A stretch of DNA of 40,786 nucleotides from NCBI GenBank assembly GCA_028293175.1, contig JAQGPI010000620.1:1-40786 (forward strand), written 5' to 3'. A program made the translations under genes and the position numbers. Every line of letters starts with the position of its first letter. The stretch's first letter is position 1. Origin of the DNA: Verrucomicrobiaceae bacterium (GTDB lineage: Bacteria > Verrucomicrobiota > Verrucomicrobiia > Verrucomicrobiales > Verrucomicrobiaceae). Below the pieces are notes generated by a model, which saw only the letters and a list, made by a program, of their open reading frames with translations, ran no database searches and was not told the origin of the DNA. Of the stretch, positions 1-7,954 are shown one piece after another.

Positions 1-276
1 AACTCTTGAGGGCGTCACCACTCCATGTGGATCGAAACAGGGGCATCGAAACCGCTGCCAAGGTCCGCCGGTCGTGGCACCCGAGAACTCAGGGCCACGG
101 ATGATCACCAATCTCTCCTGATCCTGCTGTCCGAGGACGTAGTGAGCAATGAACTTCTTGTCATCGCTAACGATATGCAAAATCATGTCACTGCTGTCGC
201 AGTCGAGCGCCACCCACCAGATGAACTCGCGGTCATCTCGCATGAGCTTGCGGCGCTGTTTCTTGGCGACTGACAT
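1..276 (-). CDS. hypothetical protein, 3'-truncated by the window edge (first 92 aa visible)
   Basis: Not in the supplied track because it runs off the edge. The reverse strand is open from ATG 276..274 through position 1: MSVAKKQRRKLMRDDREFIWWVALDCDSSDMILHIVSDDKKFIAHYVLGQQDQERLVIIRGPEF... It is on the same strand as ORF 289..723 and 12 nt from it. I prefer it to the antisense 25..273 (+) ORF. Confidence 0.4.
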   Translation of the reverse strand, partial: MSVAKKQRRKLMRDDREFIWWVALDCDSSDMILHIVSDDKKFIAHYVLGQQDQERLVIIRGPEFSGATTGGPWQRFRCPCFDPHGVVTPSRV

Positions 277-288
277 AGCGGCTACGAT

Positions 289-723
289 TTAGGGCGAACG
301 CTTCAGATCAGGCGACGGCGAGCGGGGAGCGTCGATAACACGACAGATGCCATACGAGCCGTTGCTTGCATCCGTTTTGTGCGCCTTGGATTTACAGGTG
401 ATGTTCTCGTGCATCGGTATCATCGTTCCGTCCCTGAAGTGAGCCCAGGAGGGGTAAAACTCGGTCCAAGGGAAATTTGGGTGCTGGTCGGGCTTGCCAC
501 TCCAAGTCAAGTGGACGTGCGCCAATGCACCACGAGCCGAGTCCGTGATGAAAAGCACGTCGTCTGTCATCGTGCTCATGGCAACTGCCTCAAAGCTGGT
601 TCCAGACAAGACGTGATCGGACCGCAGTTCCCTGGACAACTCCGCTTCGAGCAACTTGGCCCGGTCTGAATCGATTAGAATCCACGGAGCAAGCATCTCG
701 AAATCTGCGACTCGCGCAGTCAT
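289..723 (-). CDS. hypothetical small cytoplasmic protein (orphan immunity-like)
   Basis: 144-aa ORF in a tight same-strand array. Composition looks like a real protein (LEAELSRELRSDHVL, AHVHLTWSGKPDQHPNFPW). I recognise no catalytic motif. The last ~35 codons are encoded by the junction repeat at 305-404. Confidence 0.55.
   Translation of the reverse strand: MTARVADFEMLAPWILIDSDRAKLLEAELSRELRSDHVLSGTSFEAVAMSTMTDDVLFITDSARGALAHVHLTWSGKPDQHPNFPWTEFYPSWAHFRDGTMIPMHENITCKSKAHKTDASNGSYGICRVIDAPRSPSPDLKRSP
305..404. repeat. junction repeat, copy A (~100 nt)
   Basis: Aligns by eye with 1253-1351. Shared cores are gcgacggcgagcg, acacgacaga, tacgagccgtt, tgcatc and gtgatgt. It lies at the 3' end of ORF 289..723 and about 30 nt upstream of the next ATG (276). 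Confidence 0.7.
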
Positions 724-812
724 GGTTTAGCCTAACGCTCAAGCGATGGCAACCCCAGTTGCGGGGGCCAGCGTTGCTCGCGGGGTTAAGGTTGAGGGAA
801 GTTGGAGCATCG

Positions 813-850
813 GAAACAGATGGGCTAGTACGGGTTGCTATCCGCGCCTT
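813..850. repeat. junction repeat, degenerate copy C
   Basis: aacagatg..gtacgg..gttgct..atccg..gcgccttg matches the central cores of copies A and B with indels. Its position is equivalent to theirs: across the stop of ORF 825..1235, upstream of ATG 723. Confidence 0.4.
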
Positions 851-1235
851 GTTCTGGCCTTGTTGGGACATTTATTTGCCTGATCAGCTTGGTGATTGGA
901 AAATATTCTTCTTCTGATTCTGAGTCGAGGCACTGATAGTATTCAATCAGATCTCTGTGGAGATCAACATCGGCCGTTAGAACTGACCGGATTCTCTCCC
1001 ATATGGGGGAGTTAGGCTCATGCTGACCATGGTATTCTTCAAAAGATCCAAGTATCAGGGCCATGAGTGTGAACCTCTCATCATCGTCTGCCGTTCCTGC
1101 GGCATAAAAGTCAAGAAACTCTCCAACCCGATTGGGATCAGCGCACTCAATCTCCCAGTCTTGCATGTAGGCATCAACCACAAGACCAAAGCAATCGCTC
1201 AGCCGATCTATCGCCGCTCTCGTAATGTGCCTCAT
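825..1235 (-). CDS. hypothetical acidic protein (orphan immunity-like)
   Basis: 136-aa ORF, acidic, with no signal peptide (MQDWEIECADPNRVGEFLDFY, FTLMALILGSFEEY). Same-strand array. The family is not identified. Confidence 0.6.
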   Translation of the reverse strand: MRHITRAAIDRLSDCFGLVVDAYMQDWEIECADPNRVGEFLDFYAAGTADDDERFTLMALILGSFEEYHGQHEPNSPIWERIRSVLTADVDLHRDLIEYYQCLDSESEEEYFPITKLIRQINVPTRPEQGADSNPY

Positions 1236-1252
1236 GTCCTGCCAGAGCGACT

Positions 1253-1351
1253 AGACCAGCGACGGCGAGCGCAAGACTCCGCAGACACGACAGACTCGCT
1301 ACGAGCCGTTCGCTGCATCGATTTGTTGGCCTCCGTTTTTGCGTGTGATGT
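1253..1351. repeat. junction repeat, copy B (~100 nt)
   Basis: Aligns with 305-404 (see copy A). It spans the stop codon of ORF 1299..1988 and ends about 20 nt upstream of ATG 1235. Confidence 0.7.
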
Positions 1352-1988
1352 GGTTGGCGTGAATCCCCTTTCTTGCATCCATTATCCGAACCACGATGAT
1401 CGGCAGTATAGCAACCAAGAGACCATTGAGCATCGGTGAATACTTGCCGTCATCACCAAACGATGCTTGGAATGCAGCCAGCCTATCCGTCGGCGGGAAT
1501 GCAAAGTATCCGGCCCCAAATCCTACAGTCGCTATTGCGAGCATTGTGCAGCGAACCAGCTTGTAAGTCCCGGTCTGTTCAGAGAGGATTTCAGCCCGAT
1601 CAGTCTGAAACAGCTTACGTTCCTGCTGCCAATTAGTCGCCAGACGAAGAGCTTCCGGAAACTTCTGATGTACCTCAACATCTCGCACCGCGAGAAGTGG
1701 GCACCAAATGAGCTGGGCGGCTGGCGCTAGAGCAAAATTGAGCTGCTTAGCCTGATCGAAGGTGAATGACGCTTTTAGTCTTTGTCGACAGTAAATCATA
1801 GTGCCAAGCGTCCTGAACACAAATATGTAAAGTGGTATCCCGATGACTAGTGCGCTGAGAGCACAACCTACCGCAAATATCTGCGGCGAAGGCCCGAACA
1901 AACTTAGAACGCCAATGGCCAATAAAACGGTCACTAAGAGTGCCGCTATCTTAGCAAGAAGATCATAGAAGTGTGTCCAGAATATCAT
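1299..1988 (-). CDS. integral membrane protein, about 4 predicted TM segments, unknown function
   Basis: 229-aa ORF with hydrophobic stretches: LLAKIAALLVTVLLAIGVLSLF, FAVGCALSALVIGIPLYIFVF, LAIATVGFGAGYFAF and LNGLLVAILPIIVV. It is the first gene of the minus-strand array. Confidence 0.6.
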   Translation of the reverse strand: MIFWTHFYDLLAKIAALLVTVLLAIGVLSLFGPSPQIFAVGCALSALVIGIPLYIFVFRTLGTMIYCRQRLKASFTFDQAKQLNFALAPAAQLIWCPLLAVRDVEVHQKFPEALRLATNWQQERKLFQTDRAEILSEQTGTYKLVRCTMLAIATVGFGAGYFAFPPTDRLAAFQASFGDDGKYSPMLNGLLVAILPIIVVRIMDARKGIHANHITRKNGGQQIDAANGS

Positions 1989-2395
1989 AGCAGGTCGGGC
2001 TGGTGTGGTAATGTTGGTTGGGCGACCAGTGGGTCAGCATCAAATAGGTGGGTTTGTGTTCCAGCCTCTTTTAGCCTACAATTTTGTAAAATAGCGCCGC
2101 GATTTTCAACAAGAAAACGCGGAATGGCGAGGCGATTTTTCATTTCCACGCCGAAGATGTTGTTTTGCATGCAAACAGGCGTGAAAACCAACAAGAAGGG
2201 TGTGGAATAGCACGCATGGAGAAAGACGGGCTCAACCATGAACTGGACAGACTGGAAGGCCGAGACCGTACCAGCAAAGAGGCCTGGGCGCTACGATGTA
2301 AGATCTATCGCAACCGAACAGTGGGAAGCCATGAGGGACGTTGCGAAGCATTTGGTTTCTTTGGCTCCGCTTGAAGTCGGATACTGGATCTGTTC

Positions 2396-3436
2396 TTACT
2401 CACTCGTTACAATGACCTTCAAGGCGCGTTCGCGTGCCGCATTGCCGAAGGTGTCATATGCGCTCATGATCTCGCTAAGGGGAAAGCGATGAGTGATGAG
2501 CTGCCGGGGTTGTAACCTCCCTGAAAGGACAGTCTTGAGTAGCAAAGGCGTGGTTACCGCATCTACCAGCCGGGTGGTTATTGTGATGTTTTGCGACCAA
2601 AGCCGTTCCAGGTGCAAAGGTACGGATTCGCCATGCACACCCACATTGGCAATGTGCCCTCCGGGCGCAATAATGCCCTGGCAAATGTCGAAGGTGCCGG
2701 GTACTCCCACGGCTTCGATGGCCACATCCACGCCGCGCCCTGAAGTCATGGCCATGGCTTTCTCAACCGCCTTGCCATCGCTGCTATTGATCAACCGCGT
2801 GGCTCCCAGACGTTTTGCCACATCCAGGCGATGATCGTCGAGATCAATCATGATGATGTTGGCGGGCGCATAGAATTGAGCGGTTAGGAGCGCGGCAAGC
2901 CCCACGGGCCCTGCGCCAACGATGGCCACTGTGTCGCCAGGTTTGACGCAGCCATTGAGCACTCCGCATTCATAACCGGTGGGCAGGATGTCACTGAGCA
3001 TGACCATTGCCTCCTCGTCCGCTTCTTCGGGGATGGGATGCAGGCTGGTATCGGCCCAGGGAATGCGCACGAATTCCGCCTGGGTTCCGTCAATTGTGTT
3101 GCCCAGAATCCACCCTCCTTTTTCGCAGTGGGAACACATTCCCCGGCGACAGTACTCACACATGCCGCATGCCGTAATGCACGAGATCAGCACTCGGTCG
3201 CCTATGTGGAAGCGACTGACTCCTGTGCCAGCCTCTTCAATCACCCCGATGCCTTCATGGCCGAGGATACGCCCCTCGCTAACCGTCCGCACGTCGCCTT
3301 TGAGGATGTGCAGGTCGGTGACGCAGAGAGTGGTCTTGGTGATTCTTACAATTGCATCCGTCGCTTCGCGAAGGACGGGCTTGGGCATGTCGTCCAAGGC
3401 TTTGGTTTGAGGGCCGTGATAAACGAGGGCTTTCAT
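2396..3436 (-). CDS. zinc-dependent alcohol dehydrogenase (MDR superfamily)
   Basis: 346 aa. Catalytic Zn motif GHEGIGVIEEAG. Structural Zn cysteines CGMCEYCRRGMCSHC. Rossmann motif VAIVGAGPVGL. Confidence 0.95.
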   Translation of the reverse strand: MKALVYHGPQTKALDDMPKPVLREATDAIVRITKTTLCVTDLHILKGDVRTVSEGRILGHEGIGVIEEAGTGVSRFHIGDRVLISCITACGMCEYCRRGMCSHCEKGGWILGNTIDGTQAEFVRIPWADTSLHPIPEEADEEAMVMLSDILPTGYECGVLNGCVKPGDTVAIVGAGPVGLAALLTAQFYAPANIIMIDLDDHRLDVAKRLGATRLINSSDGKAVEKAMAMTSGRGVDVAIEAVGVPGTFDICQGIIAPGGHIANVGVHGESVPLHLERLWSQNITITTRLVDAVTTPLLLKTVLSGRLQPRQLITHRFPLSEIMSAYDTFGNAARERALKVIVTSE

Positions 3437-3668
3437 GTAGATTACTAGGCTGAGACCCAGCTCTTACTATGGGGTGTTCACCCCCTTCTCATTTCACGGA
3501 TGCGCTCCACGTCTTCAACTCACTCAACCAACCCGAAAACTAAAAGCGGGCTTGCCACTGATTGCCTGTGTCAATGCATTGGATCCCGAACCACTGTGGG
3601 CCGGCGTGGGCATCTGATCCGCAGGCACAAGGCTTGCTAATAGAGACGTTTGGTGTTTTCATTTAAAT

Positions 3669-3980
3669 ATGGCGGCAAACATCATGCTGGATCCCTGGAC
3701 GATTATTAGAGGCGAGTATTTTCCTCCGGACAGCAGGGTCGTTTGGACGTCTGATGGCAAGGTCGTGAGGAAAGGCGTGTGGCACTTCGAGCCAGGACAG
3801 CCATGGGAAGAAACCACATGGACTGATGAGACCGGTAATCTCATTGTCGTAACACACTGGTGCGGTGTTGATGAAAGTCCTGATGGTCAGCCAGATTTGC
3901 CACCTCCCTTGAAACCCATGAAGGAACTGATTGCGGAACTTGTGGCAAATCAGGACCTGGATTACGACAGCGCACGATAA
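3669..3980 (+). CDS. hypothetical small protein
   Basis: 103-aa ORF, 54 nt upstream of the SRAP gene and co-oriented with it. W-rich and acidic with no recognised motif. The competing antisense ORFs look less protein-like. Confidence 0.4.
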   Translation: MAANIMLDPWTIIRGEYFPPDSRVVWTSDGKVVRKGVWHFEPGQPWEETTWTDETGNLIVVTHWCGVDESPDGQPDLPPPLKPMKELIAELVANQDLDYDSAR

Positions 3981-4033
3981 AAACGCCGACATGGTTTTTC
4001 ACCACGCCACCTGCTCTTCACCATAGATCCGTC

Positions 4034-4693
4034 ATGTGCAACACCCTGCGGTACAAGGACCGGATGGAGGAAGCCTACACGAAGTGGGAGTTCAGCGAGG
4101 TGCGCATCACTCCCAAGATCCGATTTCGCGTGCCTCCTTCCGAACCCGCACCGGTGCTCACCGTGCATGAGGGGCAAGCGAGGATTCGAATGATGAACTT
4201 CGGCTTCGCCACCCAACGCGGGCGGCAGATGATGGCACGCGGCGAGACCGTGGCAAAGCTGCCGATGTTTCGCGATGGCTTCAAGCACCGGCGCTGCCTG
4301 ATCCTAGTGCATGGTTTCTATGATTCCGAGGACATGGGCACGCAGGGCCGCCAGCCCTGGCACCTGCACCTGAAGGACGATGGCTTGATGGCCTTTGCAG
4401 GCTTGTGGGAAGCGCGCGCGGATGCGGAAAACTTCACCATCGTCAGCGCCCCGGCTAACAGCGTGGTTGCAAGGGTGATTGACCGCATGCCCGTGATCCT
4501 GCCTAGCGGACTGTGGCGTCCGTGGCTGGATGCGAGCGCCACCGACCAGGACTTGCAGCCGATGCTGCTGCCTTTCTCGGCCGAGGCGATGGAAGCCTAC
4601 CCAGTCACGCGCAAGGTGAACCAGAAGGGTTTCGACGGGCCGGAATGCATCGAGCGCATTGTACCGGCACAGGGTGATCTGGGGCTGTTTTGA
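4034..4693 (+). CDS. SOS response-associated peptidase (SRAP / YedK family), copy 1
   Basis: 219 aa. N-terminal Met-Cys (MCNTLRY) is the catalytic Cys2. Also RCLILVHGFYD and IDRMPVILP. The last ~22 codons lie in direct repeat R1. Confidence 0.85.
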   Translation: MCNTLRYKDRMEEAYTKWEFSEVRITPKIRFRVPPSEPAPVLTVHEGQARIRMMNFGFATQRGRQMMARGETVAKLPMFRDGFKHRRCLILVHGFYDSEDMGTQGRQPWHLHLKDDGLMAFAGLWEARADAENFTIVSAPANSVVARVIDRMPVILPSGLWRPWLDASATDQDLQPMLLPFSAEAMEAYPVTRKVNQKGFDGPECIERIVPAQGDLGLF

Positions 4694-4711
4694 GCCAACG
4701 GACCGCAGCTA
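4628..4711 (+). repeat. direct repeat R1 (SRAP 3' end plus about 18 nt of flank)
   Basis: ggtttcgacgggccggaatgcatcgagcgcattgtaccggcacagggtgatctggggctgttttga...ggaccgcagcta matches 5974-6052 at roughly 85% by eye, with one short indel. Confidence 0.85.
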
Positions 4712-5110
4712 CGACAGCCCATGCAAATGGCCAAATTCTCGCAGATTTTTCCAGCCTTGAGGCGTCCATTTCTGTTTGTAGTAAATGTTGTCCACGAAGA
4801 CTTCATAGTCCGGCGTATTAGCCCACATGTGCTCAGACCATTCCTGCCTCAACGCTTGGCCATCGGGCCTGCCGCGCCGGAACTGCTCGTACTTCGACGG
4901 CTCAAAGATGAAGCCCTGGACCTTAATGCCCTTGTCTGTAAAGAATTGCGCCATGGCATTGGTCGCGGGATCGCCGAGCTTGATGGGATCACCGCTCAGG
5001 ATGTAGACCAGCATCGTGACGTCATCGGGCAGGTTGCCGTTGAGGGCTTCGAATGTCGCCTTGGCGACCTTGAGACCGTTCTCCTTGGTGAGGGCTATTC
5101 CTTTTTCCAT
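4709..5110 (-). CDS. hypothetical protein (133 aa from the internal start MEKGIALTKE)
   Basis: The track ORF is 4709..5287. Its first 59 codons overlap the upstream gene and look non-protein-like, so the start at 5110 is preferred. No family recognised. Confidence 0.45.
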   Translation of the reverse strand: MEKGIALTKENGLKVAKATFEALNGNLPDDVTMLVYILSGDPIKLGDPATNAMAQFFTDKGIKVQGFIFEPSKYEQFRRGRPDGQALRQEWSEHMWANTPDYEVFVDNIYYKQKWTPQGWKNLREFGHLHGLS

Positions 5111-5177
5111 GGGGGACGGCGGTACAACCGCAAATGCTTGACTGCAAATGCTCGTTGGCACTTGAAGCTTGCGCGGC

Positions 5178-5930
5178 TCAAAGGATGTCCAAATCGAGCG
5201 CACGCAGTGCAGTAAGACGGGCGTTGCGATCTTCGAAGTAAAAGTGCGCGTCAATCGGGAGCAGCACACCGGTTTCACTGCCAACAACGACGTTGTTTTC
5301 GTGCAGGTCGATTACAGAAACGATTCCCGCAGGGCCGCCGTCCATCGTAAAAGACGGGATCCGTGATCGTGGTGCCTCCTGCTTCATCCCCTGGTTCTCC
5401 AGCCCCGACCTGAGCACCTCCCAATCTGGGTGAACGCCATCCACGAAGGGCTGCGAGGTGAGGACGTGCAGGCGGTCTTCGTGCAGATAAAATCCCTCCA
5501 GTTTTATTTCGTCCCCCAGGAGGCGGTTGGCCAGCAGGATGTCTGTGAGATAGTCGAATAAAGACTCGGTCGCCGGCGCGTGGGCGTCCAGATCCTTGAG
5601 CACGCGGTTGTCGTGGCCGGGCAAGGCCACGTTGTGTTCGGCTCCGCCACGAAGTGCTGTCGTCGCCATGAGCTGGCGCACGTCCGCAGCGTCCATCATG
5701 AGCCCCGCATCCAAAGCAAAGCGCGTTAGCGCAGCGGTTTCATGGTGGCCTGAAGCGCACGCGCCTTCTTTAATGTCGCCAGACCCTGCTTCTTCAGCTG
5801 CTGCCGCCGCCCTTCGAAGAAGACCTTCTGGGCCTCCGAAACGGGCTTCGGCTCTTTCAAGGGATCTGGCGCCTGAGGCATACAATGGAAGCAATGGGTA
5901 CAAGGTGGAACGAACCCCCGAAAATATCAT
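5178..5930 (-). CDS. atypical kinase-like protein (resembles the kinase domain of phage/conjugative-element polyvalent proteins); start uncertain
   Basis: The C-terminal ~160 aa carry, in order, GGAEHNV...VLK (Gly-rich/Lys), LTSQPF, a catalytic-loop-like DLHENNVVV and a metal-binding-like LPIDAHF. The track ORF starts at 6005 inside repeat R2. Starts at 5930 (MIFSG) or 5699 (MMDAAD) are more plausible. Confidence 0.5.
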   Translation of the reverse strand: MIFSGVRSTLYPLLPLYASGARSLERAEARFGGPEGLLRRAAAAAEEAGSGDIKEGACASGHHETAALTRFALDAGLMMDAADVRQLMATTALRGGAEHNVALPGHDNRVLKDLDAHAPATESLFDYLTDILLANRLLGDEIKLEGFYLHEDRLHVLTSQPFVDGVHPDWEVLRSGLENQGMKQEAPRSRIPSFTMDGGPAGIVSVIDLHENNVVVGSETGVLLPIDAHFYFEDRNARLTALRALDLDIL

Positions 5931-5973
5931 GGTCCTGCCCCGGCCGCAACCGCTGCGACCAGCCACCGCAGCA

Positions 5974-6052
5974 GGCTTCGAAGGTCCGGAATGCATCGAG
6001 CGCATCGTACCGGAGCAGGGCGATTTAGGGCTGTTTTGTGGACCGCTCGCTA
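5974..6052 (+). pseudogene. orphan SRAP C-terminal fragment, also direct repeat R2
   Basis: Encodes GFEGPECIERIVPEQGDLGLF with no SRAP body upstream. Copy 1 ends GFDGPECIERIVPAQGDLGLF*. The flank motif ggaccgc.cgcta is also shared. Confidence 0.8.
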
Positions 6053-6181
6053 ACCGCTCTAGAGAGATGCAGTCACAAGGTGCGGGTTTGACCTCCCTTT
6101 TGCGGAGTCAAAAAGAGCGATACGCTTGAACCACTCATAAAGGGTGCGAGTTCCTCGTCTCAAGAAGGGGGCCGGTGTTTT

Positions 6182-6258
6182 AAGGAACGGATGGAGGAAG
6201 CCATGCCGCGTGGCAGTTCAGCGAGGTGCGCATCTCGCCTGACGGGGAAGATTTGCGG
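6182..6258 (+). pseudogene. orphan SRAP N-proximal fragment (frameshifted, lacks Met-Cys)
   Basis: aaggaacggatggaggaagcc...ttcagcgaggtgcgcatc matches 4055-4130 of copy 1 (KDRMEEA..FSEVRI) with a 1-nt length difference. There is no start codon, and the similarity stops about 23 nt before the kinase stop codon at 6281. Confidence 0.7.
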
Positions 6259-6280
6259 CTTCAAAGCCAAGACCAGCGAA

Positions 6281-7951
6281 TTAATTCCGCGGTGCCCGTT
6301 CCTCGCAGGGGTTCTGATTTTGGAGATGCTGCCGGTTTTGGAGAACTTTCTCGATCGCGGCCATCACCATTTCAATGCGGACGGGCTTTACTAGATGGTC
6401 AGCAAATCCCGATGCCCTGCTTTGTTGGAGATCCGCGTCCGTGCCATATCCACTCATCGCTATGCCCGGCATCCCATATTGGCGGGCCTCTGTCATGAGT
6501 TCGTGGCCAGTGCCGTCGGGCAGGCCCAGGTCGCTGAGAATAAGGTCAAAGGACTGTTTTTTAAGTTCTTCCAGAGCACACGCAATGCTCCCGCACGCTG
6601 TTACCTGATGGCCAGATCGAATCATCAGCCGACGGAGGGCCCTTGCTGTATCCTCATTATCCTCAACTAGCAAAATGTGCGCGCTCAGCCGTTCAGCTCC
6701 TACCACTTGCCGCTCCTGATGCGGGGGCTGGACCGTCGAGCCAGTGCCTACTGGGAACTTTACGGTGAAACGAGCTCCTTTTTCCAGCCCAGCGCTATAC
6801 GCTGATATGGAGCCACCATGCATGTCCACAATGGCCTTCGAGATCGCGAGACCCAGGCCCAGGCCTCCAGCTTCCAGCAGCGATTCCGAATAAATTTGCT
6901 CAAAAGCTCCAAAGATCCGGTCCAGTTTCTGGGGATCAATGCCGATCCCGCTATCAGTCACCACTGCGCTAACACCACCGTCTAAGGTGCTCTCCGTGGC
7001 CACCGATACAGTGCCTCCCTGGGGCGTAAATTTCACTGCGTTCCGCAGAAGATTCCACAGAACTTGCTGTATCCGGGTCGAGTCACCGAAAATGTGCGGC
7101 AGATTGTCGCAGATACGCTTTTGAAGTACGATGCCGCCGCCTTCAATCATCGGCTGGCAGTTCTCTATGGCATTGCGTACCGCACGATTGAAATCTACTG
7201 GCTCCGTCCGCATTTGCATTTTGCCGGTGACGATCCTGCTAACGTCTAGCAGATCATCAATAAGACGGACCTCCAGTTCTACGTTCCTGCGGATAGTCCC
7301 TACATCGGATCGAATGACTGGCGCAACATCAGGATCGCTCTCGATGGCTGCGGCCAGAAGTAGAACGGGTGTCAGAGGCGTCCTCAGTTCATGACTCAAT
7401 GTAGCTAGGAACTGGTCTTTAGCCTTGCTGGCTGATTGCGCGTCGGCCAGAGCTTTCCGAAGCGCTTGCCGGGCCTTCTCCAGGGAGGAAGTGAGAATTT
7501 TTGACTGTTGTGCGTTCTGCTCCGCCAGCGCAGCAGACCCTTCGGCAAGCACCGCCACGCGCTCCCGGTCAAACGCGGCGGTCAAAAGGGGCAGCAATGG
7601 GATCAGAGCTTCAACCATATCAACTTTAGGGACACCCCCCAGCAGCACCAGAACGCTTTTGCAGGGCCCCTGGAACCCGACCGCCGACACTTCCTTGTTG
7701 TGCCACGGCAGTATGCAATTGTTTCCTTCAGGTTTGCAAGACCCCACGAAATCACGCCATCGCGAGCCACCTGCAAGTGTCTGCGGAAAGCCTGGGGCGG
7801 GCAATGCCGAGAACACACTTTCATCCCAGATATACATCATCATGTCCACAGCGCCTAGCCCTGTGGCCAAGGCGCGTGCCGCCGCCTGCCTGCCTTCGCG
7901 CTTGGAGAGGCCGGAGACCAGGGCAAGCAACTGCTTAATCCCCACATCCAT
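6281..7951 (-). CDS. hybrid sensor histidine kinase (HisKA + HATPase_c + C-terminal receiver)
   Basis: 556 aa. H-box LSHELRTPLT, N-box NLLRNAVKFTP, G-boxes DSGIGI and GGLGLGLAISK. Receiver: LLVEDNEDT...DLILSDLGLPDGTG...HLVKP. Confidence 0.95.
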   Translation of the reverse strand: MDVGIKQLLALVSGLSKREGRQAAARALATGLGAVDMMMYIWDESVFSALPAPGFPQTLAGGSRWRDFVGSCKPEGNNCILPWHNKEVSAVGFQGPCKSVLVLLGGVPKVDMVEALIPLLPLLTAAFDRERVAVLAEGSAALAEQNAQQSKILTSSLEKARQALRKALADAQSASKAKDQFLATLSHELRTPLTPVLLLAAAIESDPDVAPVIRSDVGTIRRNVELEVRLIDDLLDVSRIVTGKMQMRTEPVDFNRAVRNAIENCQPMIEGGGIVLQKRICDNLPHIFGDSTRIQQVLWNLLRNAVKFTPQGGTVSVATESTLDGGVSAVVTDSGIGIDPQKLDRIFGAFEQIYSESLLEAGGLGLGLAISKAIVDMHGGSISAYSAGLEKGARFTVKFPVGTGSTVQPPHQERQVVGAERLSAHILLVEDNEDTARALRRLMIRSGHQVTACGSIACALEELKKQSFDLILSDLGLPDGTGHELMTEARQYGMPGIAMSGYGTDADLQQSRASGFADHLVKPVRIEMVMAAIEKVLQNRQHLQNQNPCEERAPRN

Positions 7952-7954
7952 AGG

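Noticed and set aside
25-273. 82-aa plus-strand ORF from the track
   Set aside because: The opposite strand is open across the same span, fits the same-strand gene array and reads more like a real protein. The plus-strand ORF is probably a shadow.
305-404. Integron attC site interpretation of the junction repeat
   Set aside because: I could not find properly spaced RYYYAAC / GTTRRRY core sites or the extended imperfect palindrome. No IntI-type integrase is nearby, and the integrase at 13009 is a phage-type enzyme 12 kb away. I kept it as an unexplained repeat.
2238-2492. 84-aa plus-strand ORF in the gap upstream of the small-ORF array
   Set aside because: Its 3' third overlaps the alcohol dehydrogenase gene in antisense, and it has no motif. 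It may be a relic, but it is not supportable as a gene.
5596-6129. 177-aa plus-strand ORF containing the GFEGPECIERIV peptide
   Set aside because: Only its last ~22 codons are SRAP-like (repeat R2). The rest is a Ser/Ala/Pro/Arg-rich antisense reading of the kinase-like gene. I treat it as an orphan fragment, not a gene.
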